The notes: generated by a model not told the origin, from the letters alone. Positions 1 through 10,281 are shown, counted from the stretch's first letter. The stretch: 64,000 nt of DNA from Acidimicrobiaceae bacterium (GCA_009842325.1 VYFQ01000003.1:262693-326692); one strand, 5' to 3'. Made by a program: numbers and translations.

Positions 1-428
1 TGTCGGATGAAGCTCGGCTGCTGCCCATCTTCATCGGGGCTCCCGAGGCGACGGCCATCGCCATCGCCCTCGACGGGGTCACGACTCCCAGGCCCATGAC
101 CCACGACCTTCTCCGCAACGTGCTCGACGAACTGTCGGCCGACCTCGAGCGTGTCGTGGTCACCGAACTGCGGGACAAGACGTTCTACGCCGAGCTGCAC
201 CTGCTGCGCGACGACGGTCGCTTCGTGCTGTCGAGCCGCCCCTCGGACGCCATCGCGCTGGCGGCCCGCACCGGCACGCCGATCTTCGCGGAGGAGGCGG
301 TGATACAGGAGGCGGGCTACACCACCGACGGCGTCGCGGTGGCGGGGCAGGAACAGGCCGAAGAGGTCGTGGAGCAGTTCAAGGAGTTCATCGACTCCGT
401 CTCGCCCGAGGACTTCGGCAGCCACTAG
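1..428 (+). CDS. bifunctional nuclease family protein (DUF151), 5' end cut by window edge
   Basis: The frame of ORF 96..428 stays open back to base 3 (SDEARLLPIFIGAPEATAIAIALDGVTTPRPMTHDLL...). The IFIG...TPRPxTHDL core is typical of DUF151 nucleases. A MerR gene follows, as in the M. tuberculosis Rv1829-Rv1830 arrangement. Confidence 0.75.
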   Translation, partial: SDEARLLPIFIGAPEATAIAIALDGVTTPRPMTHDLLRNVLDELSADLERVVVTELRDKTFYAELHLLRDDGRFVLSSRPSDAIALAARTGTPIFAEEAVIQEAGYTTDGVAVAGQEQAEEVVEQFKEFIDSVSPEDFGSH

Positions 429-496
429 CGCACCGGATCGGCACTCGCCACCGACCGCGAATCGGACTGCCATGGGAGGCGTTCGGTGTCCGGTGG

Positions 497-525
497 TTGA
501 CTCGCGCCCCTTGGAGCCTTAGAGT
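497..525 (+). promoter_or_regulatory. candidate sigma-70-type promoter (TTGACT-17 nt-TAGAGT) upstream of the MerR gene
   Basis: TTGACT lies at 497-502 and TAGAGT at 520-525, with a 17-nt spacer counted by hand. A palindrome GGTCAtggTGACC at 570-582 sits between the predicted transcription start and the ATG at 637. Confidence 0.35.
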
Positions 526-636
526 TTCCACAGGTGACAGCGTCGTAGTTTCGGGGTTGTCATTGCACTGGTCATGGTGACCGGTCATCGTGATCGTCGT
601 CCGCGGCGGCCACCAGCGACAAGCAAGGAGCGGCTA

Positions 637-1152
637 ATGGACGCAACCGCGCACACCGTCCAGGGGTACAGCGCGAAGCTCACCGCCGACGTTGTAGGCA
701 TCACCTACCGCCAGCTCGACTACTGGGCCCGCACCGATCTGGTGGTGCCCTCCCTGGCCAGGGCCACCGGCAGCGGGAGCCGCCGCCAGTACAGCTACGC
801 CAACCTGCTGGAACTGAAGGTCATCAAGCGGCTGCTCGACTCGGGGATCAAGCTGGAGAAGGTCCGGTCGATCTTCGAGTACATGCGCAGCGAGCTGCGG
901 GAGGACATCTCGCGGGCCAACCTCGTGATCGACGGCTCCAACGTCGTGTGCGCCCGCAGCGAGGCTGAGTTCATCGACGTGCTGCAGAAAGGCCAGGGCG
1001 TGCTCAACGTCCTGCCGCTGTCGAACGTCAAGCAGGAGGTGGACGCAGCCATCATCGAGTTGCGGCCCTCGGCCGACGACGCCGACGACGAGACCGCAGA
1101 CGAGGTGGACGAGGCCACCGACGAGTTCCGGACGGCGATCGGCGAGTCCTGA
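637..1152 (+). CDS. MerR family transcriptional regulator
   Basis: The HTH region LTADVVGITYRQLDYWARTDLVVPS...RRQYSYANLLELKVIKRLLDSGIKLEKVR is MerR-like. I prefer the ATG at 637, preceded by AAGGAG at 625-630, over the ORF-track GTG at 574. The C-terminal tail is acidic. Confidence 0.8.
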   Translation: MDATAHTVQGYSAKLTADVVGITYRQLDYWARTDLVVPSLARATGSGSRRQYSYANLLELKVIKRLLDSGIKLEKVRSIFEYMRSELREDISRANLVIDGSNVVCARSEAEFIDVLQKGQGVLNVLPLSNVKQEVDAAIIELRPSADDADDETADEVDEATDEFRTAIGES

Positions 1153-1156
1153 CCTG

Positions 1157-1477
1157 ATGACGTTCGCCCATCCCTCCGAGCAGGCTTTCGCCAGCCTGCT
1201 CGACTCCTATGGGATCCGTTGGGAGTACGAGCCCCGCATGTTCGTGCTCGAGCGAGACTCCGACGGGAACACGGCGTGCGGGTTCACGCCCGACTTCTAC
1301 CTGCCCGACTTCGACATGTACGTGGAGCTCACGACGTTGCGGCAGCGGCTGGTCAACCGCAAGAAGCAGAAGCTGAGGCTGCTGGCTGAGACTCATCCCG
1401 ACGTTCGAGTCAAGCTCCTGAACCGTCGAGACATGGAGTGGATCGGCCGCAAGTACGGCCTCCCGGTCGCCGCCTAG
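1157..1477 (+). CDS. small conserved hypothetical protein, possibly a PD-(D/E)XK / TnsA-N-like nuclease fold
   Basis: 106-aa ORF starting 4 nt after the MerR stop. The pattern E..FA..L...GI.WEYEP...FTPDFYLPD...YVELT resembles the E / (Y/F)TPDF / VEVK layout of TnsA-type endonuclease N-domains, but the catalytic Lys position is T. The fold assignment is inference only. Confidence 0.5.
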   Translation: MTFAHPSEQAFASLLDSYGIRWEYEPRMFVLERDSDGNTACGFTPDFYLPDFDMYVELTTLRQRLVNRKKQKLRLLAETHPDVRVKLLNRRDMEWIGRKYGLPVAA

Positions 1478-1487
1478 ACGCACCTAG

Positions 1488-2564
1488 ATGGCTGAGGATC
1501 TGAGACAGTCGCCTCTGCGCGAGGTGCATGAGCAGGCCGGGGCCAAGCTGGTGCCCTTCGGCGGCTGGAACATGCCCCTTCAATACGAGACCGGCACGGT
1601 GGCCGAGCACATGGCCTGCCGCACGAGCGCCGCCATGTTCGACGTGTCCCACCTGGGGACGGTGCGGGCGCAGGGCGCAGCCGCCCACCGCAGCCTGCAA
1701 TGGGCGCTGACCAACGATCTGGACCGCGTCGGGGTCGGATCAGCCCAGTACACCCACCTGCTGGATGCCTCCGATGCCTCGGTGCTCGACGACATCATCG
1801 TGTGGTGGATCGGCCCCGACCTCTTCGACGTGATGCCGAACGCCTCCAACACCGACCGGGTCGTCGGCGCCCTGAGAGAGGGAGCCGGCGATCTGGACAT
1901 CGCGGACGTCACCGCGGACCGGGCGGTGATCGCCGTCCAGGGTCCCAAGGCCCGAGCCCGACTCGCGGCCGCCGGCGCCGAGGACCTCGCCTCGATCGGA
2001 CGGTTCAAGGTCGCGTCCGGCCGCTTCGGCGAGATCCCGGTCACAGTGGCCGGCACCGGCTACACGGGAGAGGACGGCGTTGAGATGGCGGTCGGCGTCG
2101 ACGACGCCCCGACCGTATGGCAGCGCCTGGCAGAAGCGGGCGTCTCGCCGGCCGGCCTGGGGGCCCGCGACACCCTGCGCCTCGAGGCGGGGCTGCCGCT
2201 GCACGGCCACGAGCTGGGTCCCGGCATCACGCCGCTGCAGGCCGGGCTGGGCTGGGTCGTGCGCTGGGACAAGGGCGACTTCAGGGGCCGGACCGCGCTG
2301 GAGGCAGAGCGCGAGGCGGGGCCGTGGCGGCGGCTACGGGGCCTGCTGGCCGAGAAGGGCCGCCCGCCCCGCGACGGATGCGCTGTGCGTCGGGGCGACG
2401 ACGAGGTCGGAGTGGTCAGCAGCGGCAACTTCTCGCCGGTGCTGGGCCAGGGCATCGCGCTGGCGTTCCTGGCTCCCGATGTCGGCGTCGGCGACGAGGT
2501 CACCATCGACGTGCGAGGCCGGGATCTGCCGGCTCAGGTCGTCAAGCCTCCGTTTCACCGCTAA
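1488..2564 (+). CDS. gcvT: glycine cleavage system aminomethyltransferase (T protein)
   Basis: LRQSPLREVHEQAGAKLVPFGGWNMPLQYE...AMFDVSHLG N-terminal signature; 358 aa; a gcvP gene lies nearby. Confidence 0.9.
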   Translation: MAEDLRQSPLREVHEQAGAKLVPFGGWNMPLQYETGTVAEHMACRTSAAMFDVSHLGTVRAQGAAAHRSLQWALTNDLDRVGVGSAQYTHLLDASDASVLDDIIVWWIGPDLFDVMPNASNTDRVVGALREGAGDLDIADVTADRAVIAVQGPKARARLAAAGAEDLASIGRFKVASGRFGEIPVTVAGTGYTGEDGVEMAVGVDDAPTVWQRLAEAGVSPAGLGARDTLRLEAGLPLHGHELGPGITPLQAGLGWVVRWDKGDFRGRTALEAEREAGPWRRLRGLLAEKGRPPRDGCAVRRGDDEVGVVSSGNFSPVLGQGIALAFLAPDVGVGDEVTIDVRGRDLPAQVVKPPFHR

Positions 2565-2585
2565 TTCGCCGTCCCGGCCGGCGGG

Positions 2586-3692
2586 TCAGGGGCGTTCGGG
2601 CAGGGGATCTAGTACGTCTACTGCTTGCTGGCGGAGCCAGTGGTCGGCCAGCACTAGTAGGGCCATGGACTCGACCATTGGTACGGCGCGGGGCAGCACG
2701 CACGGATCGTGGCGGCCCCGGGCGGCCAGAGTCGTGGCCTCGCCCTCGCGGGTGACGGTCTGCTGCTCCGAGGCGATGGTGGAGGTGGGTTTGAACGCCA
2801 CCCGGATCACGATGTCCTCTCCGTTGGAGATGCCGCCTTGCACCCCGCCGGAGCGGTTCGACACGGTGCGGATCCCGGTGGAGGGGTCGGGTCTGAACGG
2901 GTCGTTGTGGGACAGTCCGGTTAGACGGGTGCCGCTGAAGCCGCTGCCGATCTCGAAGCCCTTGGCCGCCGGCAGCGACAGCATGGCACCGGCCAGGGAA
3001 GCCTCAAGCTTGTCGAACACCGGCTCGCCCAGTCCGGCTGGCACGCCGTGGCAGACGCACTCCACCACGCCGCCCAGCGAGTCGCCGTCGCGCCGGGCCG
3101 CCTCGATGGCCTCGACCATGCGGGCCGCAGCGTCCGGGTCGGGGCAGCGGGTGGGTCCGGCCTCCACATCGGCGCGGGTGACCGCGGTCGGATCGGTGGC
3201 CGCTTCGATGTCGTGCACCGACTGCACCCATCCCAGCACCTCGACGCCGGCCGCGGCGTGAAGCAGCTTGCGGGCGATGGCCGCTGCCGCGACCCGGCCT
3301 ACGGTCTCGCGAGCCGAGGCCCGGCCCCCGCCGGTCCAGTCGCGGAAGCCGTACTTGGCGTCGTAGGTGAAGTCGGCGTGGGAGGGCCGGTACACGTCGC
3401 GTAGATGCTCGTACGCCTCGGGTCGGGCGTCCTTGTTGCGTACCAGGATCGCGATCGGAGTGCCGGTGGTGTAGCCGCCGAAGGTGCCCGACAGGACCTC
3501 GGCGGTGTCTGACTCGTCGCGCTGGGTGACCAGCCTGCTCTGGCCCGGGCGGCGCCGGTCGAGGTCGGCCTGGATGTCCGCGGTGTCGAGGGCCAGCCTG
3601 GGCGGGCAGCCGTCGACCACCACACCGACGCCGCCGCCGTGCGACTCGCCGAAGGTGGTGACCCGGAAGAGGGTGCCGAACGTGCTGGCCAT
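2586..3692 (-). CDS. aroC: chorismate synthase
   Basis: N-terminus [31 protein letters not shown], plus [12 protein letters not shown]-like and GGISNGE motifs; 368 aa. Confidence 0.9.
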   Translation of the reverse strand: MASTFGTLFRVTTFGESHGGGVGVVVDGCPPRLALDTADIQADLDRRRPGQSRLVTQRDESDTAEVLSGTFGGYTTGTPIAILVRNKDARPEAYEHLRDVYRPSHADFTYDAKYGFRDWTGGGRASARETVGRVAAAAIARKLLHAAAGVEVLGWVQSVHDIEAATDPTAVTRADVEAGPTRCPDPDAAARMVEAIEAARRDGDSLGGVVECVCHGVPAGLGEPVFDKLEASLAGAMLSLPAAKGFEIGSGFSGTRLTGLSHNDPFRPDPSTGIRTVSNRSGGVQGGISNGEDIVIRVAFKPTSTIASEQQTVTREGEATTLAARGRHDPCVLPRAVPMVESMALLVLADHWLRQQAVDVLDPLPERP

Positions 3693-3761
3693 TCAATCAG
3701 CATACGGACCACCCGTTCCCGTGGATGTCTGTTCCGGCCGGCGGGTCCTGTCGTCGAGCCG

Positions 3762-3801
3762 AAACGACCGACACGGGCTTCGCCCTACTCGTCGGTCGTT
3801 T
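3762..3801 (-). terminator. perfect 11-bp inverted repeat (stem-loop) between mtr stop and aroC start
   Basis: AAACGACCGAC (3762-3772) and GTCGGTCGTTT (3791-3801) are exact reverse complements. The 18-nt loop contains its own GGGC-GAA-GCCC mini-hairpin. A second short hairpin CCGTGGCG/CGCCACGG lies at 3846-3862. There is no clear U-tract, so terminator versus attenuator is open. Confidence 0.3.
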
Positions 3802-3897
3802 GACTCGCCGCCACCCCCCGGCCTCGCCCTCGCGCCTCGGGTGGTCCGTGGCGCCGCCACGGCTTAGCCAGCCCGCCGGCACCCCTTGGTGGGTTGT

Positions 3898-5271
3898 CTA
3901 TAGCTCTAGGAGGGCTTGCTCTACTACTTCTGGTAGGGCTGGGTGGATGTAGTACTGGTGGCGGGCCATCTGGTCGACGGTTAGGTCGAAGTGCATGCCC
4001 TGGATCAGCTGCTGGATCAGGGTGGACGCTTGGGGGCCGATTATGTGGGCGCCGAGTAGGTGGCGGGTCTCGGCGTGGGCGATCACCTTCACGGCGCTGG
4101 AGGTGTCCTCCATGGCCCAGCCGTAGGCGGCTGAGCTGAAGGGCTGCACGTGGCTGCGATAGGGGAGTGAGCGCTCCCGGCATTCCCGCTCGGTTAGGCC
4201 GACGCTGGCCACCTGGGGGTAGCCGAACACGGCGTGGGGGATGAAGCGATGGTCGACACTGATCGGATCGTCGGGATGCGACAGGTTGTGGCGCACCACC
4301 CGGGCCTCGTGGTTGGCGACATGCTTGAGCTGGACCGGGTTGGTCACGTCGCCCAGCGCCCACACGCCTTCGGCTGCGGTCCTCAGCTGGTCGTCGGTGA
4401 CGACATAGCCGGCGGGATTGGTGTCGATGCCTCCCGCAGCCACGTCTAGTCGGTCCCCGTTGGGTATGCGGCCCGTGGCCACCAGCATCTCGTCAGCTCG
4501 CTGTTCGGACCGATCGCCCTTCTCGTCCTGCAATTCCAGCACGACCTCGTCTCCCTCGCGTCGGGCCGACAGAACCCGGGTGTTCATGCGAACGTCGAAG
4601 CGCCGGCTGTAGGCGTCGGTGAAGCGTTCACGGATCTCGTCGTCCTCGCGGCGCAGGAAGGTGTCGCCCCTCAGTACGAACGTCACATGCGAGCCGAAGG
4701 CGCCCATGACCGAGCCCAACTCGGCCGCGATGTAGCCCCCGCCGAGGACCACCAATCGCTCCGGGAGGGCGTCGAGGCGCATGATCGTGTCGGAGGTGTG
4801 GTAGCCGCAGCTAGCCAGGCCGGGCACGTCCGGGATGACGGGGCGGGCTCCGGCCGCGACCACAACCTTGTCGGCGGTGATGGTCTCGTCTCCCACCGCC
4901 ACGGTGCGCGGTGCGGTGAACCGGGCTGTGCCGGTGTACACGGTCACGTTGGGCAGCCCCATGCGGTAGTCGAGGCCGCCGGCGGCGATCGGGTCGATCC
5001 GGCCGAAGATCCGGTCGCGTATCGCGGGCCAGTCGGCTCCGTCGAAGCTGGTGTGCACGCCCAGGCGCTCGGAGTCGGTGGCCAGCTCGGCCACCTCGGC
5101 GGCGTACACGAACATCTTGGACGGGATGCACCCGACGTTGAGGCAGGTGCCGCCGAACAGGCCCTGCTCGGCGATGGCGATGTCCCAGTCGTCGTGCTCG
5201 GGCCCTATCACCGAGTTGCCCGAGCCCGCGCCGATGATCAGCAGGTCGAAGTGACGCATCGAGCGCGGCAC
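3898..5271 (-). CDS. mtr: mycothione reductase (pyridine nucleotide-disulfide oxidoreductase)
   Basis: Matching motifs are FDLLIIGAGSGNS, the redox disulfide GGTCLNVGCIPSKMF, KHVANHEARVV, YGWAMEDTS and the C-terminal YYIHPALPEVVEQALL. These match mycothione reductase (Rv2855) as I recall it, rather than Lpd. Confidence 0.8.
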   Translation of the reverse strand: MPRSMRHFDLLIIGAGSGNSVIGPEHDDWDIAIAEQGLFGGTCLNVGCIPSKMFVYAAEVAELATDSERLGVHTSFDGADWPAIRDRIFGRIDPIAAGGLDYRMGLPNVTVYTGTARFTAPRTVAVGDETITADKVVVAAGARPVIPDVPGLASCGYHTSDTIMRLDALPERLVVLGGGYIAAELGSVMGAFGSHVTFVLRGDTFLRREDDEIRERFTDAYSRRFDVRMNTRVLSARREGDEVVLELQDEKGDRSEQRADEMLVATGRIPNGDRLDVAAGGIDTNPAGYVVTDDQLRTAAEGVWALGDVTNPVQLKHVANHEARVVRHNLSHPDDPISVDHRFIPHAVFGYPQVASVGLTERECRERSLPYRSHVQPFSSAAYGWAMEDTSSAVKVIAHAETRHLLGAHIIGPQASTLIQQLIQGMHFDLTVDQMARHQYYIHPALPEVVEQALLEL

Positions 5272-5286
5272 CCTACCGCCCGGCGG

Positions 5287-6084
5287 TCAGGTGCCGGTGA
5301 AGTTGGGGGTGCGCTTCTCGGCGAAGGCCTTCGGGCCTTCCTTGGCGTCGTTGGAGCGGAACACCGCCTGCCCATAGTCCCATTCGTGGCGCAGGGCGTC
5401 GTCGAGCTCCATGCCGTCGCACTCATGCAACGTGCGGGTGATGGCCGCGGAGGCCAGCGGACCGTTGGCGGCCACCACCCCGGCGATCTCAAGAGCCTTC
5501 TCCAGGGCCTGGCCGTCGGGCACGACATGGCCGATCAGACCGATCTCGAGGGCTTCGGCCGCGCTGATGTGCTTGCCGGTGAGCAGGATCTCCGCCGCGT
5601 GGGTGTAGGGGATCTGGCGGGGCAGGCGCACCGCCGAGCCGCCCATCGGGTAGAGCGACCAGCGGACCTCGCTCACCCCGAAGCGGGCCGACTCGCCGGC
5701 CACCCTGATCTCCATGGCCTGGAGGATCTCGGTGCCGCCCGCGATGGCCACGCCCTCCACCGCGGCCACGATGGGCTTGGTCGGCCGGTAGTGGCGGAAC
5801 AGGGCCTTGTACACGATGTCGGGGTCCTCGGCCATGCGGGCCCTGGTGTCGAGCGGGTCGCTCTGCTCGGCGTCTCCCGCCATGGCCCTCAGATCCGCGC
5901 CCGAGCAGAAGTTGCCCCCCGCCCCGGTCACCACGATGCAGCGGACCTCGGGGTCGTTGGAGGCCTCCTCGTAGGCGTCGTACATGCGGATGAGCATCGG
6001 GCCGGTGATGGCGTTCATGCGGGCCGGCCGGTTCATGGTGATGATCATCACGTGGCCGTCGCGTTCGATTAGGGCGTCGGGCAT
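5287..6084 (-). CDS. enoyl-CoA hydratase/isomerase (crotonase) family protein
   Basis: ERDGHVMIITMNRPARMNAI...VVTGAGGNFCSGADL crotonase signature. I chose the ATG at 6084 (GGAGCC upstream); the longer ORF start at 6270 would overlap gcvP. Confidence 0.85.
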   Translation of the reverse strand: MPDALIERDGHVMIITMNRPARMNAITGPMLIRMYDAYEEASNDPEVRCIVVTGAGGNFCSGADLRAMAGDAEQSDPLDTRARMAEDPDIVYKALFRHYRPTKPIVAAVEGVAIAGGTEILQAMEIRVAGESARFGVSEVRWSLYPMGGSAVRLPRQIPYTHAAEILLTGKHISAAEALEIGLIGHVVPDGQALEKALEIAGVVAANGPLASAAITRTLHECDGMELDDALRHEWDYGQAVFRSNDAKEGPKAFAEKRTPNFTGT

Positions 6085-6127
6085 GGTCGGCTCCCTGCGT
6101 GTTGGCTCTCGGCCTAAGGCCGCGACC

Positions 6128-9025
6128 TCAGCCTTCGTAGACCTCGGCGAGGTCCTCGATCGGCGGGCATGAGCACATGATGTTGCGGTCGCCGTAGGCC
6201 CCGTCGATGCGGCCCACCGGGGACCAGTACTTGTTGGCCCGCTGGTGCGCCTCCGGGTAGGCGGCCTCACTGCGGGTGTAGGGGTGGGTCCACTCGTCGG
6301 CGGTCACGTCCTCGCAAGTGTGGGGGGCATTCACCAGCGGGTTGTCATCCGCGGGCCATTCGCCCCGCCCCACCCGCCGGGCTTCCTCGGCGATGGCCAG
6401 CATGGCGTCGCAGAACCGGTCCAGTTCGGCCTTGCCCTCCGATTCGGTGGGCTCGATCATCAGCGTGCCCGCCACCGGGAAGCTCATGGTGGGGGCATGG
6501 AACCCGTAGTCGATTAGCCGCTTGGCGATGTCGTCGACGGTGATGCCGCAGGTGTCGCGCAGAACGCGGGTGTCGATGATGCACTCGTGGGCTACGAACC
6601 CCTCCGATCCGGTGTAGAGGATCGGATAGGCCTCGCTGAGCCGGGCGGCCACGTAGTTGGCGTTGAGGATGGCGACCTCGGTGGCCCGCTTCAGGCCCTC
6701 GGCCCCCATCATGTGGATGTACATCCACGGGATGGCCAGGATGCCCGCCGATCCCCAGGGCGCAGCCGCGATCGGCCCCGGCCCGGTCGGGGGTCCCGCC
6801 ACCGGTGCGAGCGGATGGTTGGGCATAAACGGGATCAAGTGCTCGGCCACGCCGATGGGCCCGACCCCCGGGCCTCCTCCGCCGTGGGGGATGCAGAACG
6901 TCTTGTGCAGGTTGATGTGGCTGACATCGGCACCGAAGCGGCCCGGTCGGGCCAGGCCCACCATGGCGTTGAGGTTGGCCCCGTCTAGGTAGACCTGCCC
7001 GCCGTGCTCGTGGACGACGTCGCAGATGTGGCGCACCGCGGTCTCGAACACGCCATGGGTGGACGGGTAGGTGATCATCAGGGCGGCCAGGGTGTCGCTG
7101 TGGTCGACGGCCTTGCGCTTGAGGTCGTCCACGTCCACGTTGCCCATGTCGTCGCAGTCGACCACCACCACCCGCATCCCGGCCATCACCGCGCTGGCCG
7201 CGTTGGTGCCGTGGGCCGACGACGGGATCAGGCACACGTCGCGGCCGGTGTCGTCCCGGCTGCGGTGGTAGGCACGGATGGCCAGCAGGCCGGCCAGCTC
7301 GCCCTGGGCCCCGCTGTTGGGCTGCAGCGACACCGCCGCGAAGCCGGTGATCTCGGCCAGCCAGTGCTCGAGCTGGTCGATGAGGCGCTGGTAGCCGACA
7401 GTCTGGTCCAGGGGTGCGAAGGGGTGCATGTTGGCCAGTTCGGGCCAGCTCACGGGCTCCATCTCGGTGGCCGCGTTGAGCTTCATCGTGCACGAGCCGA
7501 GCGGGATCATCGACCGGTCGAGGGCGATGTCCCGGTTGACCAGCCGGCGCATGTAGCGAACCAGCTCGGTCTCGCTGCGGAAGGCCGAGAAGATCGGGTG
7601 CGACAGCGGGGGAGTGGTACGCCGGTACTCGGGGGGCCGGGGATCGTCGACGATGCGGTCCAGGATCCGGAAGTCGGCCCGGTATCCGAACGCCTTCCAC
7701 ACCGCCTCCAGGTCGGCGGGGGTTGTTCTCTCGTCGACGGTGGCAGAGACGGTGTCGGCATCGACGCGGCGCAGGTTGACGCCTCCGGCCAGAGCCACCG
7801 CGATCACCTTGTCGGCCCGGCCGGGCACGCGGATGCACACCGTGTCGAAGAACTGGTCGTGGACGATCTCGATGCCGTTCTCCTGCAACCCGTGGGCCAG
7901 GATGGCGGCCACCCGGTTCACCCGCCCCGCGATCTTGGACAGCCCCTCGGGTCCGTGATGGATGGCGTACATCGACGCCATCACGGCCAGCAGCACCTGC
8001 GAGGTGCAGATGTTGGAGGTGGCCTTCTCGCGGCGGATGTGCTGCTCGCGGGTCTGGAGGGCCAGCCGCAGCGCCGGGCGGCCTGCATCGTCCTTGGACA
8101 CCCCGACCAGGCGGCCGGGCAGCGCCCGCTGGTAGTCCTCGCGCACCGCGATGTAGGCGGCGTGGGGTCCGCCGAAGCTCATGGGAACGCCGAAGCGCTG
8201 GGTGGAGCCCACGACGACGTCGGCGCCCACCTCTCCCGGCGGCGTGAGCACGCAGAGGGCCAGCGGGTCGGCGGCCACCGCCACGAGCGTGTCCGAGCCG
8301 TGGGCCCGCTCGATGATGGATCGCAGGTCGGGGATGGCCCCGGTGGTGCCCGGGTACTGCACCAGCAGGCCGAACACCCCTTCGAGGTCGGCGGTGGCGG
8401 GGTCGCACACCACGACCTCCAGGCCGATGGGCTCAGCCCGGGCCTCCACCACCGCGATGGTCTGGGGATGGCAGGCCTCGTCCACCGCGAACCGGTCGCC
8501 CTGGCGGCCCCGGCCGACCCGGTGCAGCAGGGTCATGGCCTCGGCCGCGGCGGTGGCCTCGTCCAGCAGCGAGGCGTTGGCCAGGTCCATGGCCGTCAGC
8601 TCGCTGACCATGGTCTGGAAGTTGAGCAGTGCCTCCAGGCGTCCCTGGGAGATCTCGGGCTGGTACGGGGTGTAGGCCGTGTACCAGCCCGGGTTCTCGA
8701 ACACGTTGCGGCGGATGACCGCCGGCGTGATGGTCTGGTGGTAGCCCATGCCGATCATCGAGACCATCAGGCGGTTGGAGCGGGCCATCTCGAGCAGCTC
8801 GTCGTAGTCGGTCAGGCGGGGCCCGAGCGTGGGCAGCTCCATCGGCTCGCGCTGGCGGACGTCGTGGGGGACGGTGCGGTCGATCAACTCGTCGAGGTCG
8901 GCAACGCCGACCGTGGCAAGCATCTCGGTGATGTCTTGGGGAGTCGGACCTATGTGGCGGCTATGGAAGGCCCGCCGGTCGCGGAGATCGTCGAACCGGG
9001 GCCTGGCACGTCTGGTGTCGGTCAT
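6128..9025 (-). CDS. gcvP: glycine dehydrogenase (decarboxylating), P protein
   Basis: 965-aa single-chain P protein with [36 protein letters not shown] and [18 protein letters not shown] motifs. Confidence 0.95.
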   Translation of the reverse strand: MTDTRRARPRFDDLRDRRAFHSRHIGPTPQDITEMLATVGVADLDELIDRTVPHDVRQREPMELPTLGPRLTDYDELLEMARSNRLMVSMIGMGYHQTITPAVIRRNVFENPGWYTAYTPYQPEISQGRLEALLNFQTMVSELTAMDLANASLLDEATAAAEAMTLLHRVGRGRQGDRFAVDEACHPQTIAVVEARAEPIGLEVVVCDPATADLEGVFGLLVQYPGTTGAIPDLRSIIERAHGSDTLVAVAADPLALCVLTPPGEVGADVVVGSTQRFGVPMSFGGPHAAYIAVREDYQRALPGRLVGVSKDDAGRPALRLALQTREQHIRREKATSNICTSQVLLAVMASMYAIHHGPEGLSKIAGRVNRVAAILAHGLQENGIEIVHDQFFDTVCIRVPGRADKVIAVALAGGVNLRRVDADTVSATVDERTTPADLEAVWKAFGYRADFRILDRIVDDPRPPEYRRTTPPLSHPIFSAFRSETELVRYMRRLVNRDIALDRSMIPLGSCTMKLNAATEMEPVSWPELANMHPFAPLDQTVGYQRLIDQLEHWLAEITGFAAVSLQPNSGAQGELAGLLAIRAYHRSRDDTGRDVCLIPSSAHGTNAASAVMAGMRVVVVDCDDMGNVDVDDLKRKAVDHSDTLAALMITYPSTHGVFETAVRHICDVVHEHGGQVYLDGANLNAMVGLARPGRFGADVSHINLHKTFCIPHGGGGPGVGPIGVAEHLIPFMPNHPLAPVAGPPTGPGPIAAAPWGSAGILAIPWMYIHMMGAEGLKRATEVAILNANYVAARLSEAYPILYTGSEGFVAHECIIDTRVLRDTCGITVDDIAKRLIDYGFHAPTMSFPVAGTLMIEPTESEGKAELDRFCDAMLAIAEEARRVGRGEWPADDNPLVNAPHTCEDVTADEWTHPYTRSEAAYPEAHQRANKYWSPVGRIDGAYGDRNIMCSCPPIEDLAEVYEG

Positions 9026-9077
9026 CGATACGACAATCTACCGAGGGGACCAGGCCAGCCCCTATCCGGCTCGGTCC

Positions 9078-10220
9078 TTAGGAGAAGAGGTCGCCCCGGT
9101 CGGTCAGGCCCAGCTTGGGGAACGGGCCGAAGAAGCCGTGCTCGTACAGGCCGTAGCCCTCCTGGGGACCCCTGTCCGGGTCGTCGTAGGTGAATCGGGC
9201 AACCGAGTCCACCACCCCGTACTGGCCCAGGCCCCGGATCTCGCTCACCTTGTAGGCCCGGGCCTGTTCGACCAGATCCTCGCCCTGCCACATGCCGTGG
9301 CGCCAGTCGGGCTCGACCCCATAGCCCGCGCCGATGGAGATGAAGTTGGTGGCCAGCGGCTCAACATCGAGGGTGATGGGGCCGCCGGGCGCTTCGGGGA
9401 ACGTGATATGCGACCCGGAGAGCAGGCGAGTGCCGCTGATGGCGTCGTGGACCCACTCGGGCCGCCCGAGATAGTCGCGGGGCCGGTCGGGGTCGGTCCA
9501 CACCCGCATGCCGGTCTGCATGGTCCTGTTCCCGTCGGGCTCCTCATGGCACAGGTAGATCACCCAGTGGTCGCCGTAGTCGGCCGGCATGTAGTTCCAC
9601 ATGCCCCCCAGCACCGAAATGGTCTGGCGGATGCCGTCGGGCTGCTTCTCGCCGACCGGGCGCACGCCCCACGACCGGTCCCGGGCCCCGCCGCAGCGGT
9701 CCGGGGTGACCGCGATGTCCTCCCCGTCCACGGTGAGGGTTCCCTCCCAGCGGCCGAGCTGGGCGAACCGCTGGGTGTTGAAGACCAGCGTGCCCCGGGT
9801 CCGCAGGTACTGGCGGGGCTCCTCGAAGGGATCGATGGGGGAGGTCCAGGTGACGTCCATGGCGAGCTGCGAGTCGGCCGGCCGATCCGGCTCCACGATC
9901 ACCCTCAGCTTGCGCAGAGGCTCGACCACCTCGATGCGCACCGGCCCGACCGAGATGTCGGAGCGGTCGGTGAGGGGCTTGCTGGCCCTCACCACCAGGT
10001 GGTCGTCGCCCCGGGTGACGGCCAGGTAGGCGTCGGTTGTGCCCAGGTTGGGGTACTGGCCCAGCCCGAAGATGGCGAAGTACTCGCCGCTGGACGGGTG
10101 CAGGTTGAAGTAGTAGCGGTCGTAGAAGTTGCGGTCCGAAGTGGCCGGATGGCGCACGTACTCGGAGGTCTGGTGGACCGGGAAGTCGTCCCAGGCCGAT
10201 ATCAATCGATTAGAGCTCAT
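9078..10220 (-). CDS. conserved hypothetical protein (no family recognised)
   Basis: 381 aa from the ATG at 10220 (MSSNRLISAWDDFPVHQT...NFYDRYYFNLHP...ARDRSWG...). Coding-like composition over the full length. Divergent from the DUF35/thiolase pair. Confidence 0.6.
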   Translation of the reverse strand: MSSNRLISAWDDFPVHQTSEYVRHPATSDRNFYDRYYFNLHPSSGEYFAIFGLGQYPNLGTTDAYLAVTRGDDHLVVRASKPLTDRSDISVGPVRIEVVEPLRKLRVIVEPDRPADSQLAMDVTWTSPIDPFEEPRQYLRTRGTLVFNTQRFAQLGRWEGTLTVDGEDIAVTPDRCGGARDRSWGVRPVGEKQPDGIRQTISVLGGMWNYMPADYGDHWVIYLCHEEPDGNRTMQTGMRVWTDPDRPRDYLGRPEWVHDAISGTRLLSGSHITFPEAPGGPITLDVEPLATNFISIGAGYGVEPDWRHGMWQGEDLVEQARAYKVSEIRGLGQYGVVDSVARFTYDDPDRGPQEGYGLYEHGFFGPFPKLGLTDRGDLFS

Positions 10221-10281
10221 GGCCGAGCACGCTACCGGCGTCTCGGTTCTTGTCCCTTCACTCTTCGGTACCCTTGCCCCG

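Noticed and set aside
574-636. The longer ORF-track starts: 574 for MerR, 6270 for the crotonase, 10370 and 10129 for the divergent pair, 19118 for pobA, 31010 for ligB, 45339 for the GH2 gene, 44729 for uvrB, 54742 for uvrC and 62709 for the DAO gene.
   Set aside because: The N-terminal extensions are Arg/Pro-rich and have no counterpart in the protein families. They overlap neighbouring genes, and internal starts align with family N-termini and often have SD sequences.
9026-9077. Glycine riboswitch upstream of gcvP (and of gcvT at 1478-1487).
   Set aside because: Only 52 nt (and 10 nt) are available, too short for a glycine aptamer. The 52-nt spacer contains only a simple hairpin (ACCGAG...CTCGGT / AGGGG...CCCCT), more consistent with a terminator for the upstream gene.
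7004-9193. Very long antisense or alternative-frame ORFs. Examples: 7004..9193 +, 24843..27326 -, 36422..38299 -, 42601..45006 +, 54116..56314 -, 59561..62215 -, 4687..6072 +.
   Set aside because: Each lies opposite or out of frame to a gene with clear family motifs. The translations are Arg/Gly/Pro/Ala-rich low-complexity strings typical of stop-codon-poor frames in high-GC DNA, and no recognisable domains were seen.
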